Source: Pseudomonadota bacterium
GTDB lineage: Bacteria > Pseudomonadota > Alphaproteobacteria > Azospirillales > Azospirillaceae
DNA length: 64,000 nucleotides
Assembly (NCBI GenBank): GCA_023416455.1
Contig: JAEZHQ010000129.1
Location: 771-64,770 of the forward strand
Direction of reading: 5' to 3'
Of the stretch, positions 20,539-29,744 are shown in pieces. The notes beneath the pieces were generated by a model. That model ran no database searches and had not been told where the DNA came from. It saw only the letters and a list, made by a program, of their open reading frames with translations. Positions within the stretch are counted from its first letter, which is position 1. Every line of letters starts with the position of its first letter. Both the position numbers and the translations under genes were made by a program.

Positions 20539-20905
20539 CGCGCTCGATGACCCGTTCGGCAGCCTCGAAGACGGATTGCATCTCCTCGTAGGCCCGGCGC
20601 AGGCGGGCCAGGGTTTCCACGGTTTCCGCGTCGGGGCGCCGGTTCCCGGCGGCCTTGAGCCCGGCGCGGATGTAGTCGGCCCGCAGTTCGGCGACGCGCA
20701 CCGCCATGCGCAGGAAGGATTCCCGGTTCAGGTTCGGCAACTCGCGGCCGATCACCTCGCAGTTGGCCTCCAGGATGGCGGCCTCCGTATGCTCCAGGAA
20801 GTGGAGGATGCGCTGGCGGGAGTCGCTTTCCGCCGCCTCGCGTGTGAGAAGCCGGTCCACCTTGCCCTTGGCGTATTCGCCGATGATCTTGCCGCCCGCG
20901 CCCAT
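20519..20905 (-). CDS. Conserved-looking hypothetical protein, 128 aa
   Basis: GGAGGGG RBS. Helical composition and typical codon bias. Confidence 0.8.
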   Translation of the reverse strand: MGAGGKIIGEYAKGKVDRLLTREAAESDSRQRILHFLEHTEAAILEANCEVIGRELPNLNRESFLRMAVRVAELRADYIRAGLKAAGNRRPDAETVETLARLRRAYEEMQSVFEAAERVIERGYVKLT

Positions 20906-21042
20906 GACACCCCTCCGCCGGTCGAGTGGCCCAGTCTGGCACGAAAGTCCTTACCAAATGCTGCCGACCATATTGCCGGATGCATCGGCCGGGCGATCGT
21001 GCTAGGGAATCCGCCCCTTGTGCCCGCCCACGGTAGACGCGC

Positions 21043-21909
21043 ATGTCCGAGACCGGCTCCGATTATATCCTGACCATCTCCTGCCCCGACACCGTCGGCA
21101 TCGTCTACGCGGTGTCCGGCTTCCTGGCCGAGCGGTCATGCAACATCATCGACAGCGCGCAGTTCGGCGACCGCATCTCCGGTCTGTTCTTCCTGCGGAT
21201 CCATTTCTCGGCCGGACCGGCCGGCCCCTCGCAGGCCGAGCTGGAGGCGGCCTTCGCGGACCAGGTGGCGCAGCGCTTCACCATGACCTGGAGGCTGCAC
21301 GACGCCGGCCGGCGCCAGCGGGTGCTGATCATGGTGTCGAAGTTCGGCCACTGCCTGAACGACCTGCTGTACCGCTACCGCACCGGATACCTGCCCATCG
21401 AGATCCCCGCGATCGTCTCCAACCATCGGGATTTCTACCAGCTCGCGGCCTGGCACAACATTCCGTTCCACTATCTGCCGGTGACGCGGGAGACCAAGGA
21501 CCAGCAGGAGGCCCGCCTGCTTGAAATCGTCGAGGAGGAGAAGGTCGACCTCGTGGTGCTGGCCCGCTACATGCAGGTTCTGTCGCCGGCGCTCTGCGAG
21601 CGCATGGCCGGGCGGGTGATCAACATCCACCATTCTTTCCTGCCCAGCTTCAAGGGGGCCAAGCCCTATCACCAGGCGCACTCCCGCGGCGTGAAGCTGA
21701 TCGGGGCCACCGCCCATTACGTGACCTCGAACCTGGACGAAGGCCCGATCATCGAGCAGGAGGCCGAGCGCGTGGACCACACCATGACGCCCGACGACCT
21801 GGTGGCCATCGGGCGCGACATCGAGAACATCGTGCTGGCCCGCGCCGTCCGCTATCACGTCGAGCACCGCGTGCTGCTGAACGGCAACAAGACCATCGTT
21901 TTCCGGTAG
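21043..21909 (+). CDS. purU: Formyltetrahydrofolate deformylase
   Basis: ACT domain SCPD..GIV, VSKFGHCLNDLL, LARYMQVL, INIHHSFLPSFKGAKPY. Confidence 0.97.
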   Translation: MSETGSDYILTISCPDTVGIVYAVSGFLAERSCNIIDSAQFGDRISGLFFLRIHFSAGPAGPSQAELEAAFADQVAQRFTMTWRLHDAGRRQRVLIMVSKFGHCLNDLLYRYRTGYLPIEIPAIVSNHRDFYQLAAWHNIPFHYLPVTRETKDQQEARLLEIVEEEKVDLVVLARYMQVLSPALCERMAGRVINIHHSFLPSFKGAKPYHQAHSRGVKLIGATAHYVTSNLDEGPIIEQEAERVDHTMTPDDLVAIGRDIENIVLARAVRYHVEHRVLLNGNKTIVFR

Positions 21910-21952
21910 GCCCGCGGCCCCGGGGGGCGCCTTCGGGCGGGCTCCCCGGCCT

Positions 21953-22747
21953 TCAGTGGGGCCGCACCGTCCCGGCGATGTCGTCCGGGGCGGGCGTGAA
22001 GACGGCGCGGGTGATCGCCTGCTCGATCTGCTCGCGGCTGAAGGGCTTGGGGATGACCGGCCCCAGATGCTCCAGCCCGCGGCGGCCGAGTTCGTCGGGG
22101 AAAGCGGTCACGAAGATGACCGGCAGGAAGCGCTGGCGCCGCAATTCACGGGCGACCTCGATGCCGTTGTCGCCCTCGGCCAGCCGGATGTCCATCAGGG
22201 CCAGCGTCGGCGTGTGCCCGGCGGCCAGCGTCAGGGCCTCGTCCATGGTGGCCGCGTTGCCGCACACCGTGTGGCCCATGCCGCGCACCGTCTCGGCCAG
22301 GTCGTAGGCAATGATGGCGTCGTCCTCGACGATCAGGATGGTCGCGGTCAGGCGCGCACGCACCCGTTCGCGGGCGTGGTTCAGGCGCTCCATCGCCACT
22401 TCCGGGGCGAGGTCCAGCACCGCGGCGGCGTCGGCGACCGGCAGGTCCTCCAGGTTGACCAGCAGGTAAAGCCGGCGCTCCACCTCCTCCAGGGAGAGCA
22501 GCGCCGCCTCCACCGGATGCTGGGGGCTGCGGTCGCCGGACGGCCCCGCCTTGTCCTGCAAAAGGTTCAGATGGCGGTACAGAGCGCCGCGCGACAGATC
22601 CGGCCCGGTGGAGGCGCCATCGCCCAGATGCCATTCCAGGGTGCGCGTCACCAGGGCGTCGCCCTGCGCCGGCGTCCCGGTCAGGGCGCGGGCGTAGCGG
22701 CGCAGGTAGGGCAGATGCTCCATCAGGTGGCGGGTGCTTTGATCCAT
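21953..22747 (-). CDS. phyR: PhyR-type anti-anti-sigma response regulator (N-terminal sigma-like domain plus C-terminal receiver)
   Basis: HLPYLRRYARALTG..GDALV, then receiver ILIVEDD..LMDIRLA..IFVTAFP..IPKPF. Confidence 0.85.
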   Translation of the reverse strand: MDQSTRHLMEHLPYLRRYARALTGTPAQGDALVTRTLEWHLGDGASTGPDLSRGALYRHLNLLQDKAGPSGDRSPQHPVEAALLSLEEVERRLYLLVNLEDLPVADAAAVLDLAPEVAMERLNHARERVRARLTATILIVEDDAIIAYDLAETVRGMGHTVCGNAATMDEALTLAAGHTPTLALMDIRLAEGDNGIEVARELRRQRFLPVIFVTAFPDELGRRGLEHLGPVIPKPFSREQIEQAITRAVFTPAPDDIAGTVRPH

Positions 22748-23118
22748 GACTTTCCCCGTACCTCTCAGCCGGGCGGTTGGGTGGAGACCGCCGCAATCCT
22801 CTTAGGACAGGAGTGAATTTTGGCGCTCGCTCCTTCCCAAGGTTAAGTTCATATGGCGCACTCCCCGGCATATCAGGAGGGACCCCGGAAGGGCTACCGG
22901 CGGCGGCCGAGGCGGGCTAACCCGTTGGCGGAGGGCCGCCTCTCCGCTGCGCCGCGTTAACCCTCGTGAAAGGCTTAGTCTCATACTCTGATATTCCCAC
23001 CCCGGCGGTGACGCCGGTGTGGGTTATGGCGAGTGTTCCCAAAGACTCTGCGCGCCGTCACCCTCCCCCGGTGGCGGCGCGTTTTTCATGGCCGCACGCC
23101 GCGGATGCGAAGGGGCGG

Positions 23119-23143
23119 GGAACAATCGGGCAAAGGGAGTGTT
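23119..23143 (+). promoter_or_regulatory. EcfG/sigmaT-type promoter
   Basis: GGAAC-N17-GTT (GGAACaatcgggcaaagggagtGTT). Confidence 0.65.
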
Positions 23144-23148
23144 GGCAT

Positions 23149-23240
23149 GGGCAATGGTGTGATTCCTCCCTGAACCGCCAGTCCCTTCAAGGCCGCCGGC
23201 CACGCCCGCGTTGCGGGGGAGCGCCGGCGGCAATTTTTTT
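23149..23240 (+). ncRNA. Candidate general-stress-response sRNA (~90 nt)
   Basis: Lies between an EcfG-type promoter and an intrinsic terminator. Contains TTCCTCCC (anti-SD). Confidence 0.55.
23192..23240 (+). terminator. Rho-independent terminator
   Basis: GCCGCCGGC...GCCGGCGGC stem with inner CCCGC/GCGGG, followed by AA and T7. Confidence 0.8.
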
Positions 23241-23361
23241 GTCGCCGGGACCGTCCGGCGACCGATGCCGGCTTGCAGAGGATTTGCGGGGCATTACCGG
23301 CCGGGGTATTAGTGACGTACCCGGCTGATCGGCCGGCCATGGCACCGATCCGGAAGCGCGT

Positions 23362-23895
23362 ATGGAAAACGAAGAATTCGACCTTTCCGTGATCGACGGC
23401 ATCCCGGCCGACGCGCAGGGCGATTTCCTGGAGTGGCGGCGGCGGGTGGCTGGAACCAACATCTCCGACAAGACCCTGCTGGCGACGGATTATCTCAATC
23501 ACTTCAACGAGATCGTGATGTTGATCGAGATGATCCCGGATATGCCGGACATGATGGAGGAATGCCGGCTCTGGCAGGCGAAGAGCTACGTCGAGCATTT
23601 CCGGGACAGCGGCGTGGCCGACCGGGATCTGGCAATCGCCGCCTATGACCATGTGCCGGCCAAGTTCAAGCGTCCGTTCGAGGATACCATCGCCCAGGCG
23701 CACCAGGTCGTGCGCCACACGCTTGAGCGTATCGGCGCCGACATCGAGGAACGGGAAGCGGACAAGCTGCGTTTGGACTGCCAGATCTCGGTGGCGATGA
23801 TTCACCGCATCATCCAGGTCGCCAATGGAATCATCCACGGCACCGCCCACGTCATGGAACAGGCGGAAATCGATCTCTATCTCAGCGCCGGCTGA
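23362..23895 (+). CDS. Conserved hypothetical protein, 177 aa
   Basis: TLLATDYLNHFNEIVMLIEMIPDMP..YVEHF motif. Coding-type codon use. Confidence 0.85.
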   Translation: MENEEFDLSVIDGIPADAQGDFLEWRRRVAGTNISDKTLLATDYLNHFNEIVMLIEMIPDMPDMMEECRLWQAKSYVEHFRDSGVADRDLAIAAYDHVPAKFKRPFEDTIAQAHQVVRHTLERIGADIEEREADKLRLDCQISVAMIHRIIQVANGIIHGTAHVMEQAEIDLYLSAG

Positions 23896-24049
23896 ATCCT
23901 CCTCCCCCGGCGCAAACGGCGATTGCTTGTGTACCCACCATTCGCTCGTTGCATGGCTCAAAGGCCGAGCCCCGCACTACAGTAAAAGCCATGCAAGAAG
24001 AGGGCACCGCGGGCGCGGATGCCCTCCGATGAGGGAGTGGAGACAAACC

Positions 24050-24583
24050 GTGAAGGGACCTGCCACCGCACCGGCCGATTGCGCGGCCGAGGCGCCGGGG
24101 GACGCGTCGCTCGACGTGGAGGCGGCCGATCCCGCCGCCCCGCCGGAGATGCGCCTGTGGCTGCGCCTGTCGTCCTGCGCCCTGCTCCTGGGCGGACGCC
24201 TGCGCAGCCGCCTGCGCGAGGATTTCAAGACGACGCCGCCGCGCTTCGACCTGCTGGCGCTGCTTGATCGTTTCCCGGAGGGCCTGACCATGGGCGAGCT
24301 GTCCAAGCGTCTGATGGTCACCAACGGCAACGTCACCGGTATCGTGGAGCGGCTGCTGCGCGACGGTCTGGTCACCCGGGCGGCGGCCTCCAACGACCGG
24401 CGCATGCAGTTCGTCCGGATCACCCCGGACGGGACGGCGGCCGTGCAGGCGATCGGGCGGGCGCAGCGGCGATGGCTCGGCGAGCTGACCGGCGGGCTGT
24501 CCCACGAGGAGACGGTGCAGTTGATGGGCCTGCTGGGAAAGCTGAAGAAATCGGTGCGTGGAAGCAACGGCGGAGGGCGGTAG
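24050..24583 (+). CDS. MarR family transcriptional regulator
   Basis: LWLRL..PRFDLL..GLTMGELSKRLMVTNGNVTGIVERL..DRR. GTG start after GGAG inferred. Confidence 0.92.
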   Translation: MKGPATAPADCAAEAPGDASLDVEAADPAAPPEMRLWLRLSSCALLLGGRLRSRLREDFKTTPPRFDLLALLDRFPEGLTMGELSKRLMVTNGNVTGIVERLLRDGLVTRAAASNDRRMQFVRITPDGTAAVQAIGRAQRRWLGELTGGLSHEETVQLMGLLGKLKKSVRGSNGGGR

Positions 24584-24586
24584 CGC

Positions 24587-26239
24587 ATGATGGCTTGGTC
24601 CGGTCACATCGACAGCTTCACCCGCGACCGCCTGCCCCCGCAGGAGCAGTTTCCCGCCTTCACCTTCGACCGGCCGGAACTGGCCTATCCCGAGCGCCTC
24701 AACGCCACGGCCGCGCTGCTCGACATCTGGCGCGGGCGGGGCTGGGACGAGCGGCCCTGCCTGATCGCCGTCGGCCCGGACGGCCGGGATGAGATCTGGA
24801 GCTACGGCCGGCTGCGCGACACGGTGGACCGCATCGCGCGGGTGCTGGCCGAGGATTGCGGCGTGCTGCCCGGCAACCGCGTGCTGGTGCGCGGCCCCAA
24901 CACCCCGATGCTCGCCGCCTGCTGGCTGGCCGTGCTGAAGGCCGGGGCGGTGGTGGTGCCGACCATGCCGTTGCTGCGCGCCGCTGAACTGGCCGCCATC
25001 CTGGAGCGCGCGGCCGTTGACGCCGCCCTGTGCGACGCCCGCTTCATGGATGAGCTGGTGGGGGCCTGTGCGGCGGTGCCGGGGCGCTTCCCGGTGCTCG
25101 CCTTCAACGAGGGCGAACTGGAAGCCCGCATCGCCGACAAGCCGGCGGGCTTCACCGCCGTCGACACGGCGGCCGACGACGTGGCGCTGATCGCGTTCAC
25201 CTCGGGAACCACAGGGCGGCCCAAGGCGACCGCCCACTTCCACCGCGACCTGCTGGCGGTGGCCGACCTGTCACCCCGCTCAATCCTCAACACCACCGCC
25301 AGCGACGTGTTCTGCGGCTCGCCCTCGCTGGCCTTCGCCTACGGGCAGGGCGGGCTGCTCCTGTTCCCCTTGCGCGTCGGTGCCGCGGTCGTGCTGCTTG
25401 AGCGCGCCACCCCCGAGCGCCTGCTGGAGGCGGCCATCCGTCACCGGGCGACGGTGATGTTCACCGTGCCGACCGTCTACCGCGCCATGACCTCGCTTCT
25501 GGAGGGCGACTCCGCGACGGTCGGCGCCCTGCGCCGCCTGCGCGCCTGCGTGTCGGCGGGCGAGCCGCTGCCCGCCTCCACCTTCGCGGCGTGGCGCCTC
25601 ACCACCGGCCTTGAGGTCCTGGACAGCTTCGGCACCACCGAGTTGCTGAACGCCGTGCTTCATTCGCCGGCCGGGGCCGTCCGGCCGGGGGCGACCGGCA
25701 AGATCGTGCCGGGTTACCAGGCTTGCGTGGTGGACGAAGCCCTGACCCCGCTTCCCCCGGGCCAGGTCGGGAGGCTCGCCGTGCGCGGGCCGACGGGCTG
25801 CCTCTATCTCGACGACCGGCGCCAGGAAGGCTACGTGCAGCGCGGATGGAATCTGACCGGTGACGCCTTCCACATGGATGAGGACGGCTATTTCTGGTAT
25901 CACGCGCGCACCGACGACCTGATCGTCTCGGCCGGCTACAAGATCTCCGGGCTGGAGTTGGAGGACGTTCTGCTCCGCCACGACGCGGTTGAGGAGTGCG
26001 CCGTCGTGGCCGCTCCCGACCCGCTGCGCGGCACCATCCCCAAGGCGTTCGTGGTGCCGCGCGACGGCGTCCGGCCGAGCGACGACCTCGCGGAGCGGCT
26101 CCAGGGCTTCGTCAAGGATCGCATCGCGCCCTACAAGTACCCGCGCGCCGTGGAGTTCCTGGACGCGCTGCCGCGCACCGAGACCGGCAAAATCCAGCGC
26201 TACAAGCTGCGACGGATGGCCTGGGGCGAAGACGGGTGA
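24587..26239 (+). CDS. AMP-forming aryl-CoA ligase (2-aminobenzoate-CoA ligase-like)
   Basis: N-terminus SGHIDSFTRDRLPP, AFTSGTTGRPK, GWNLTGD, APYKYPR..LPRTETGKIQR. Confidence 0.88.
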   Translation: MMAWSGHIDSFTRDRLPPQEQFPAFTFDRPELAYPERLNATAALLDIWRGRGWDERPCLIAVGPDGRDEIWSYGRLRDTVDRIARVLAEDCGVLPGNRVLVRGPNTPMLAACWLAVLKAGAVVVPTMPLLRAAELAAILERAAVDAALCDARFMDELVGACAAVPGRFPVLAFNEGELEARIADKPAGFTAVDTAADDVALIAFTSGTTGRPKATAHFHRDLLAVADLSPRSILNTTASDVFCGSPSLAFAYGQGGLLLFPLRVGAAVVLLERATPERLLEAAIRHRATVMFTVPTVYRAMTSLLEGDSATVGALRRLRACVSAGEPLPASTFAAWRLTTGLEVLDSFGTTELLNAVLHSPAGAVRPGATGKIVPGYQACVVDEALTPLPPGQVGRLAVRGPTGCLYLDDRRQEGYVQRGWNLTGDAFHMDEDGYFWYHARTDDLIVSAGYKISGLELEDVLLRHDAVEECAVVAAPDPLRGTIPKAFVVPRDGVRPSDDLAERLQGFVKDRIAPYKYPRAVEFLDALPRTETGKIQRYKLRRMAWGEDG

Positions 26240-26360
26240 TGCGGCGGCGCTCGCCGGCACCCGCCGCGAGGGGGACCGGCGCCGCACCCCGCCCGCGCGT
26301 CTGGACAAGCGGCCGGCCCGGCGGTAGAGCTTGGCCTCCCCAGGATCCGGCGACCTTCCC

Positions 26361-26762
26361 GTGGCCCACACTCGCCCGCTGACCCAGTTCGTGCTGTTTG
26401 CCCTGGTCGGCTGCGCGGCCGCCGTCGGCCATTACGGCGTGCTGATCGCGCTGGCCGAGCTGATGGCCGTGCCCCCGGTTCCGGCCTCGGCGGCCGGCTA
26501 CCTCGTCGGCGGCGTGATCAGCTACCGGCTGAACTACGGCCACGTCTTCCGCAGCGAGCAGGACCATCTGCCCACCGCCGCCAAGTTCGTCGGGGTCGCC
26601 GCGGTCGGGCTCGGCCTGAACAGCGTCCTCATGTGGGTGCTGGCCCACGGGCTGGAGATCCATTATCTGCCGGCGCAGCTTGCCGCTACGGCGCTGGTGA
26701 TGGCCTGGAGCTTCGCCGCCAACCGCTACTGGACCTTCAACGCCGGCTTCCCGGCGGGCTGA
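26361..26762 (+). CDS. GtrA family membrane protein
   Basis: QFVLFALVG, four TMs, SYRLN..VF, WSFAANRYWTF. Confidence 0.9.
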   Translation: MAHTRPLTQFVLFALVGCAAAVGHYGVLIALAELMAVPPVPASAAGYLVGGVISYRLNYGHVFRSEQDHLPTAAKFVGVAAVGLGLNSVLMWVLAHGLEIHYLPAQLAATALVMAWSFAANRYWTFNAGFPAG

Positions 26763-27505
26763 TCCTCCCGCCGCGCCAGGAAGGTGCGGCGGTGCGGCGT
26801 CGGCCCGATGTTGCGCGGCAACGGTTCGGCGGGCAACCCGGCCGCCTCCAGCCGGTCCAGGAGTTCGGCCGGGGTGTAGGCCGAAAAGCCCGCCTCGCGC
26901 CGGATGCGGCGGTAGTCGGACAGGGCCAGCCGGCCGAGTCCGAGGAGGGCGGCCAGCAGGAACCCGTTGCGCCGGGCCATGCTCAACTGGCTGGCGATGT
27001 CGCGGAGCAGGGGCGTGTGCGGGTCGACCACGTCGGCGATGAGCGCGCGCCCCTGTGGACCCAGCAGGCCGCGCCAGCGGTGCAGCAGCGGGCCGAGGGC
27101 GTCGCGCGGGATGTATTGCAGGACCGACACCGCCAGCAGCAGGTCGACGCTGCCCTCCGGCAGGGCGGCGAGGCCGTCCTCGTCCAGGACCCGGATGCGC
27201 GGATGGCCGGCGAAGCGGGCGCGCAGCCGCTCCTGCACCGCCGGCGCCGCGTCGAACAGCCAGACCGTGGCGCAGCGCGCCGCCATGGCCTCCGCCGCCA
27301 GAGCCTCGCCGCAGCCGAAGTCGAGCACCGTGCCGCCGTCCGGCAGATGCGCGTCGAGGTCGCGGATCAGGCAGGCGAAATGGGCTTCCAGGTTGCGGCG
27401 GTTGGCGTAGATGGCGTTCGGACGGTTCCAGAAGGCCACCCAGTCGGGCGCACCTTGCTGTCCGCCAGCGGCGTGAGGGTCTTCCGGCACTGATCGGCTT
27501 CCCAT
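26726..27505 (-). CDS. Class I SAM-dependent methyltransferase
   Basis: VLDFGCGEA, SVDLLLAVSVLQY, LIADV. Start is uncertain. Confidence 0.85.
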   Translation of the reverse strand: MGSRSVPEDPHAAGGQQGAPDWVAFWNRPNAIYANRRNLEAHFACLIRDLDAHLPDGGTVLDFGCGEALAAEAMAARCATVWLFDAAPAVQERLRARFAGHPRIRVLDEDGLAALPEGSVDLLLAVSVLQYIPRDALGPLLHRWRGLLGPQGRALIADVVDPHTPLLRDIASQLSMARRNGFLLAALLGLGRLALSDYRRIRREAGFSAYTPAELLDRLEAAGLPAEPLPRNIGPTPHRRTFLARREDQPAGKPALKVQ

Positions 27506-27614
27506 CCGGAGTGACGAAGCTTGCGCCGGGCGGCCCGCTTCCACCACCTTCTTGCGAAGAGGGATCCTGCCACGCAACAAGCCGTGGCAAAGGTATGGAC
27601 GGACGGGGAGGGCG

Positions 27615-28550
27615 TCAAGAGCGCTCGTCGGAGCGCACGTCCGGGCGGTCCTCGGTACCGGGCGTGGGGGCGCCGGTAAAGCGGACGAGGCGGATGCCCC
27701 GTTCGGCGAGCAGGGCGGCGAAGTCCGGCCCTTTCAGATACTCGTACTCGACCCGGCGCTGGTCGACCAGCGGGTCGGCCCGGCGCAACGCCTCGTCGGG
27801 AAGGCCGGGATGGACCATGACCAGCGTGCGCCCCGCCGGTGCGTCGAGGAAGCGGGCCATCAGGGCGCCGAAGGGGCGGCGGCCGGTGAAGCCGTAGACG
27901 CCGGCGAAACGGTCGTTGGCGGGAATGCCGCGCCGGCGCGCCAGCCGGGCCAGCCCGCCGCCCAGCCCGCTGATGAGCAGCGCCTTGGGCACCGCCACGC
28001 CGCGGCGCAGGATCGCCCCGGCCGGCTCCCGGCACAGGCGGACCCAGGCGCCGGGCAGGCCGGCCAGCGCGTCGGCGACCGCTTCGCGGACGGTGGGGAG
28101 CTGGTGGACGTGCTGGTGCCCGTCGATGTAGGCGGGGGGGCCGCCCCAGGCGGTGGTGAAGGCGTCGATCTGCCGGGCCAGCTCGGCCCGGATCTCGCCG
28201 GCGTCGAGCCGGCCGGCGTAGGCGAGCCGCATGAGCCGGCCGAGCGGCGGCAGCCGCCCTTCCGGGGCCAGCCGGGGCAGGGCGCCCAGCGGCGGCTGGT
28301 CGGTCAGGGTGAGGTGAAGCCCCACCTCGGCGCGGCCGGCCAGCGCCTTCAGCGCCCCTGCCTCGGCGGCCCAATGGGGACAGACCGTCATGACCGAGGT
28401 GGCGGTCAGGCGCCCGGCGGCGATGAGGTCGCGGATGGCCGCGTTCACCCCCGGCGACAGGCCGTAGTCGTCGGCGCACAGGATGACCGGGCGCGTTGCG
28501 CCGGAGGGCCGGACCATGGGAGGGGAAGGCGGCGCGGAGGGGGCGGGCAT
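27615..28550 (-). CDS. ChbG/HpnK (YdjC) family carbohydrate deacetylase
   Basis: ILCADDYG, VGLHLTL, YIDGHQHVH, VMVHPG. Confidence 0.92.
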   Translation of the reverse strand: MPAPSAPPSPPMVRPSGATRPVILCADDYGLSPGVNAAIRDLIAAGRLTATSVMTVCPHWAAEAGALKALAGRAEVGLHLTLTDQPPLGALPRLAPEGRLPPLGRLMRLAYAGRLDAGEIRAELARQIDAFTTAWGGPPAYIDGHQHVHQLPTVREAVADALAGLPGAWVRLCREPAGAILRRGVAVPKALLISGLGGGLARLARRRGIPANDRFAGVYGFTGRRPFGALMARFLDAPAGRTLVMVHPGLPDEALRRADPLVDQRRVEYEYLKGPDFAALLAERGIRLVRFTGAPTPGTEDRPDVRSDERS

Positions 28551-28620
28551 GGGGCGGAACCGGCAAAAGGGTGCACGAAGGGAAGGGCTGCGCTGAGAAT
28601 GGGCCGGGGCGGCCTGTTGT

Positions 28621-29664
28621 TCAACGAACGGCTGTGCCCACGCCGGCATGGCCGGCGGCGCTGACGCTCGCCCGGTAGGCGGTGGGGCTGGTGCCCAGCC
28701 GGTCGCGGAAATGGTGGCGGAGTGCCGCGGCGGAGCGGAAGCCGCAGCGCTCCGCCACCGCCTCCACCGGCTGCCCGGTCGTCTCCAGCAGCTCGCGGGC
28801 AAGGCGCAACCGCTCCGCCAGGAGCCAGGCGCCCGGCGTGGTGCCGGTCGCCGCCTTGAAGCGGCGCAGAAAGGTCCGCAGGCTCATGCCGGCCTCGCGG
28901 GCCAGCGCCGCCACCGGCTGGTCGCGGTCGAGCCGGTCGCGCATGCGATCCAGCAGGGGGCCGAACCGCGCCCCCTCCCGCGCGGGCGGGACCGGGCGTT
29001 CGAGGCGCTGGGCCTGCCCGCCCTCGCGGTGGGCCGGGACGACCAGGCGGTGGGCAACCCGGTTGGCCGCCTCCGGCCCGAAGTCGCGGCGCACCAGATG
29101 CAGGCAGAGGTCGATTCCGGCGGCGCTGCCGGCCGAGGTGAGGACGCTGCCCTCGTCCACGTAGAGAACCGCCGGGTCGATGCGCAGGGCGGGGTAGGCG
29201 GCGGCCAGCGCCTCGGCGTGGCGCCAGTGGGTGGTGGCGGTGCGCCCGTCCAGCAGGCCGGTGGCGGCCAGCACGAAGACCCCGGAGCAAACGGACATCA
29301 GCCGTGCGCCCCGCGCGTGCGCGCGGCGCAGCGCCTCAACCAGCGCCGCCGGCACCGGCTCGGCGGCGCCGCGCCAGCCGGGAACGACGATGGTCCCGGC
29401 CGCCTCCAGCAGGTCGAGCCCGCCGTCGGCCGCGACGCGCACGCCGCCGGTGGCGCGCAGCGGGCCGGGCTCCACGGCGGCGACGGCGAAGCGGTACCAG
29501 CCGGCGCCCATCTCCGGGCGGGGCAGGCCGAACACCTCGACCACCACCCCGAACTCGAACAGGCACAGCCCGTCGTAGGCCAGGGCGACCACGAGCCGGT
29601 TGGGCGGCGGGGCAGGCGGCGGCGCGGCGGCGGGGGAGCGGTTTGGCACGATCTCGACGCTCAT
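28621..29664 (-). CDS. ftrA: AraC/DJ-1 (GlxA-type) transcriptional regulator FtrA
   Basis: LAYDGLCLFEFG, SVCSG, TTHW, TSAGSAAGIDLCLHLVRRD, AraC HTH. Divergent from a rhodanese gene. Confidence 0.88.
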   Translation of the reverse strand: MSVEIVPNRSPAAAPPPAPPPNRLVVALAYDGLCLFEFGVVVEVFGLPRPEMGAGWYRFAVAAVEPGPLRATGGVRVAADGGLDLLEAAGTIVVPGWRGAAEPVPAALVEALRRAHARGARLMSVCSGVFVLAATGLLDGRTATTHWRHAEALAAAYPALRIDPAVLYVDEGSVLTSAGSAAGIDLCLHLVRRDFGPEAANRVAHRLVVPAHREGGQAQRLERPVPPAREGARFGPLLDRMRDRLDRDQPVAALAREAGMSLRTFLRRFKAATGTTPGAWLLAERLRLARELLETTGQPVEAVAERCGFRSAAALRHHFRDRLGTSPTAYRASVSAAGHAGVGTAVR

Positions 29665-29744
29665 TGTCGCCCCGGCCGCTTTTCGGCGCGGCGCCGCGGC
29701 GCCACCCTTGCGCGGTCGAGGCCATCATCAGGGGAGTAGCAGCC

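Noticed and set aside
22750..23118. Hidden nepR or ECF sigma gene beside phyR
   Set aside because: The short ORFs I read here lack a NepR-like LR..Y....EP.P..F..LL pattern and an SD.
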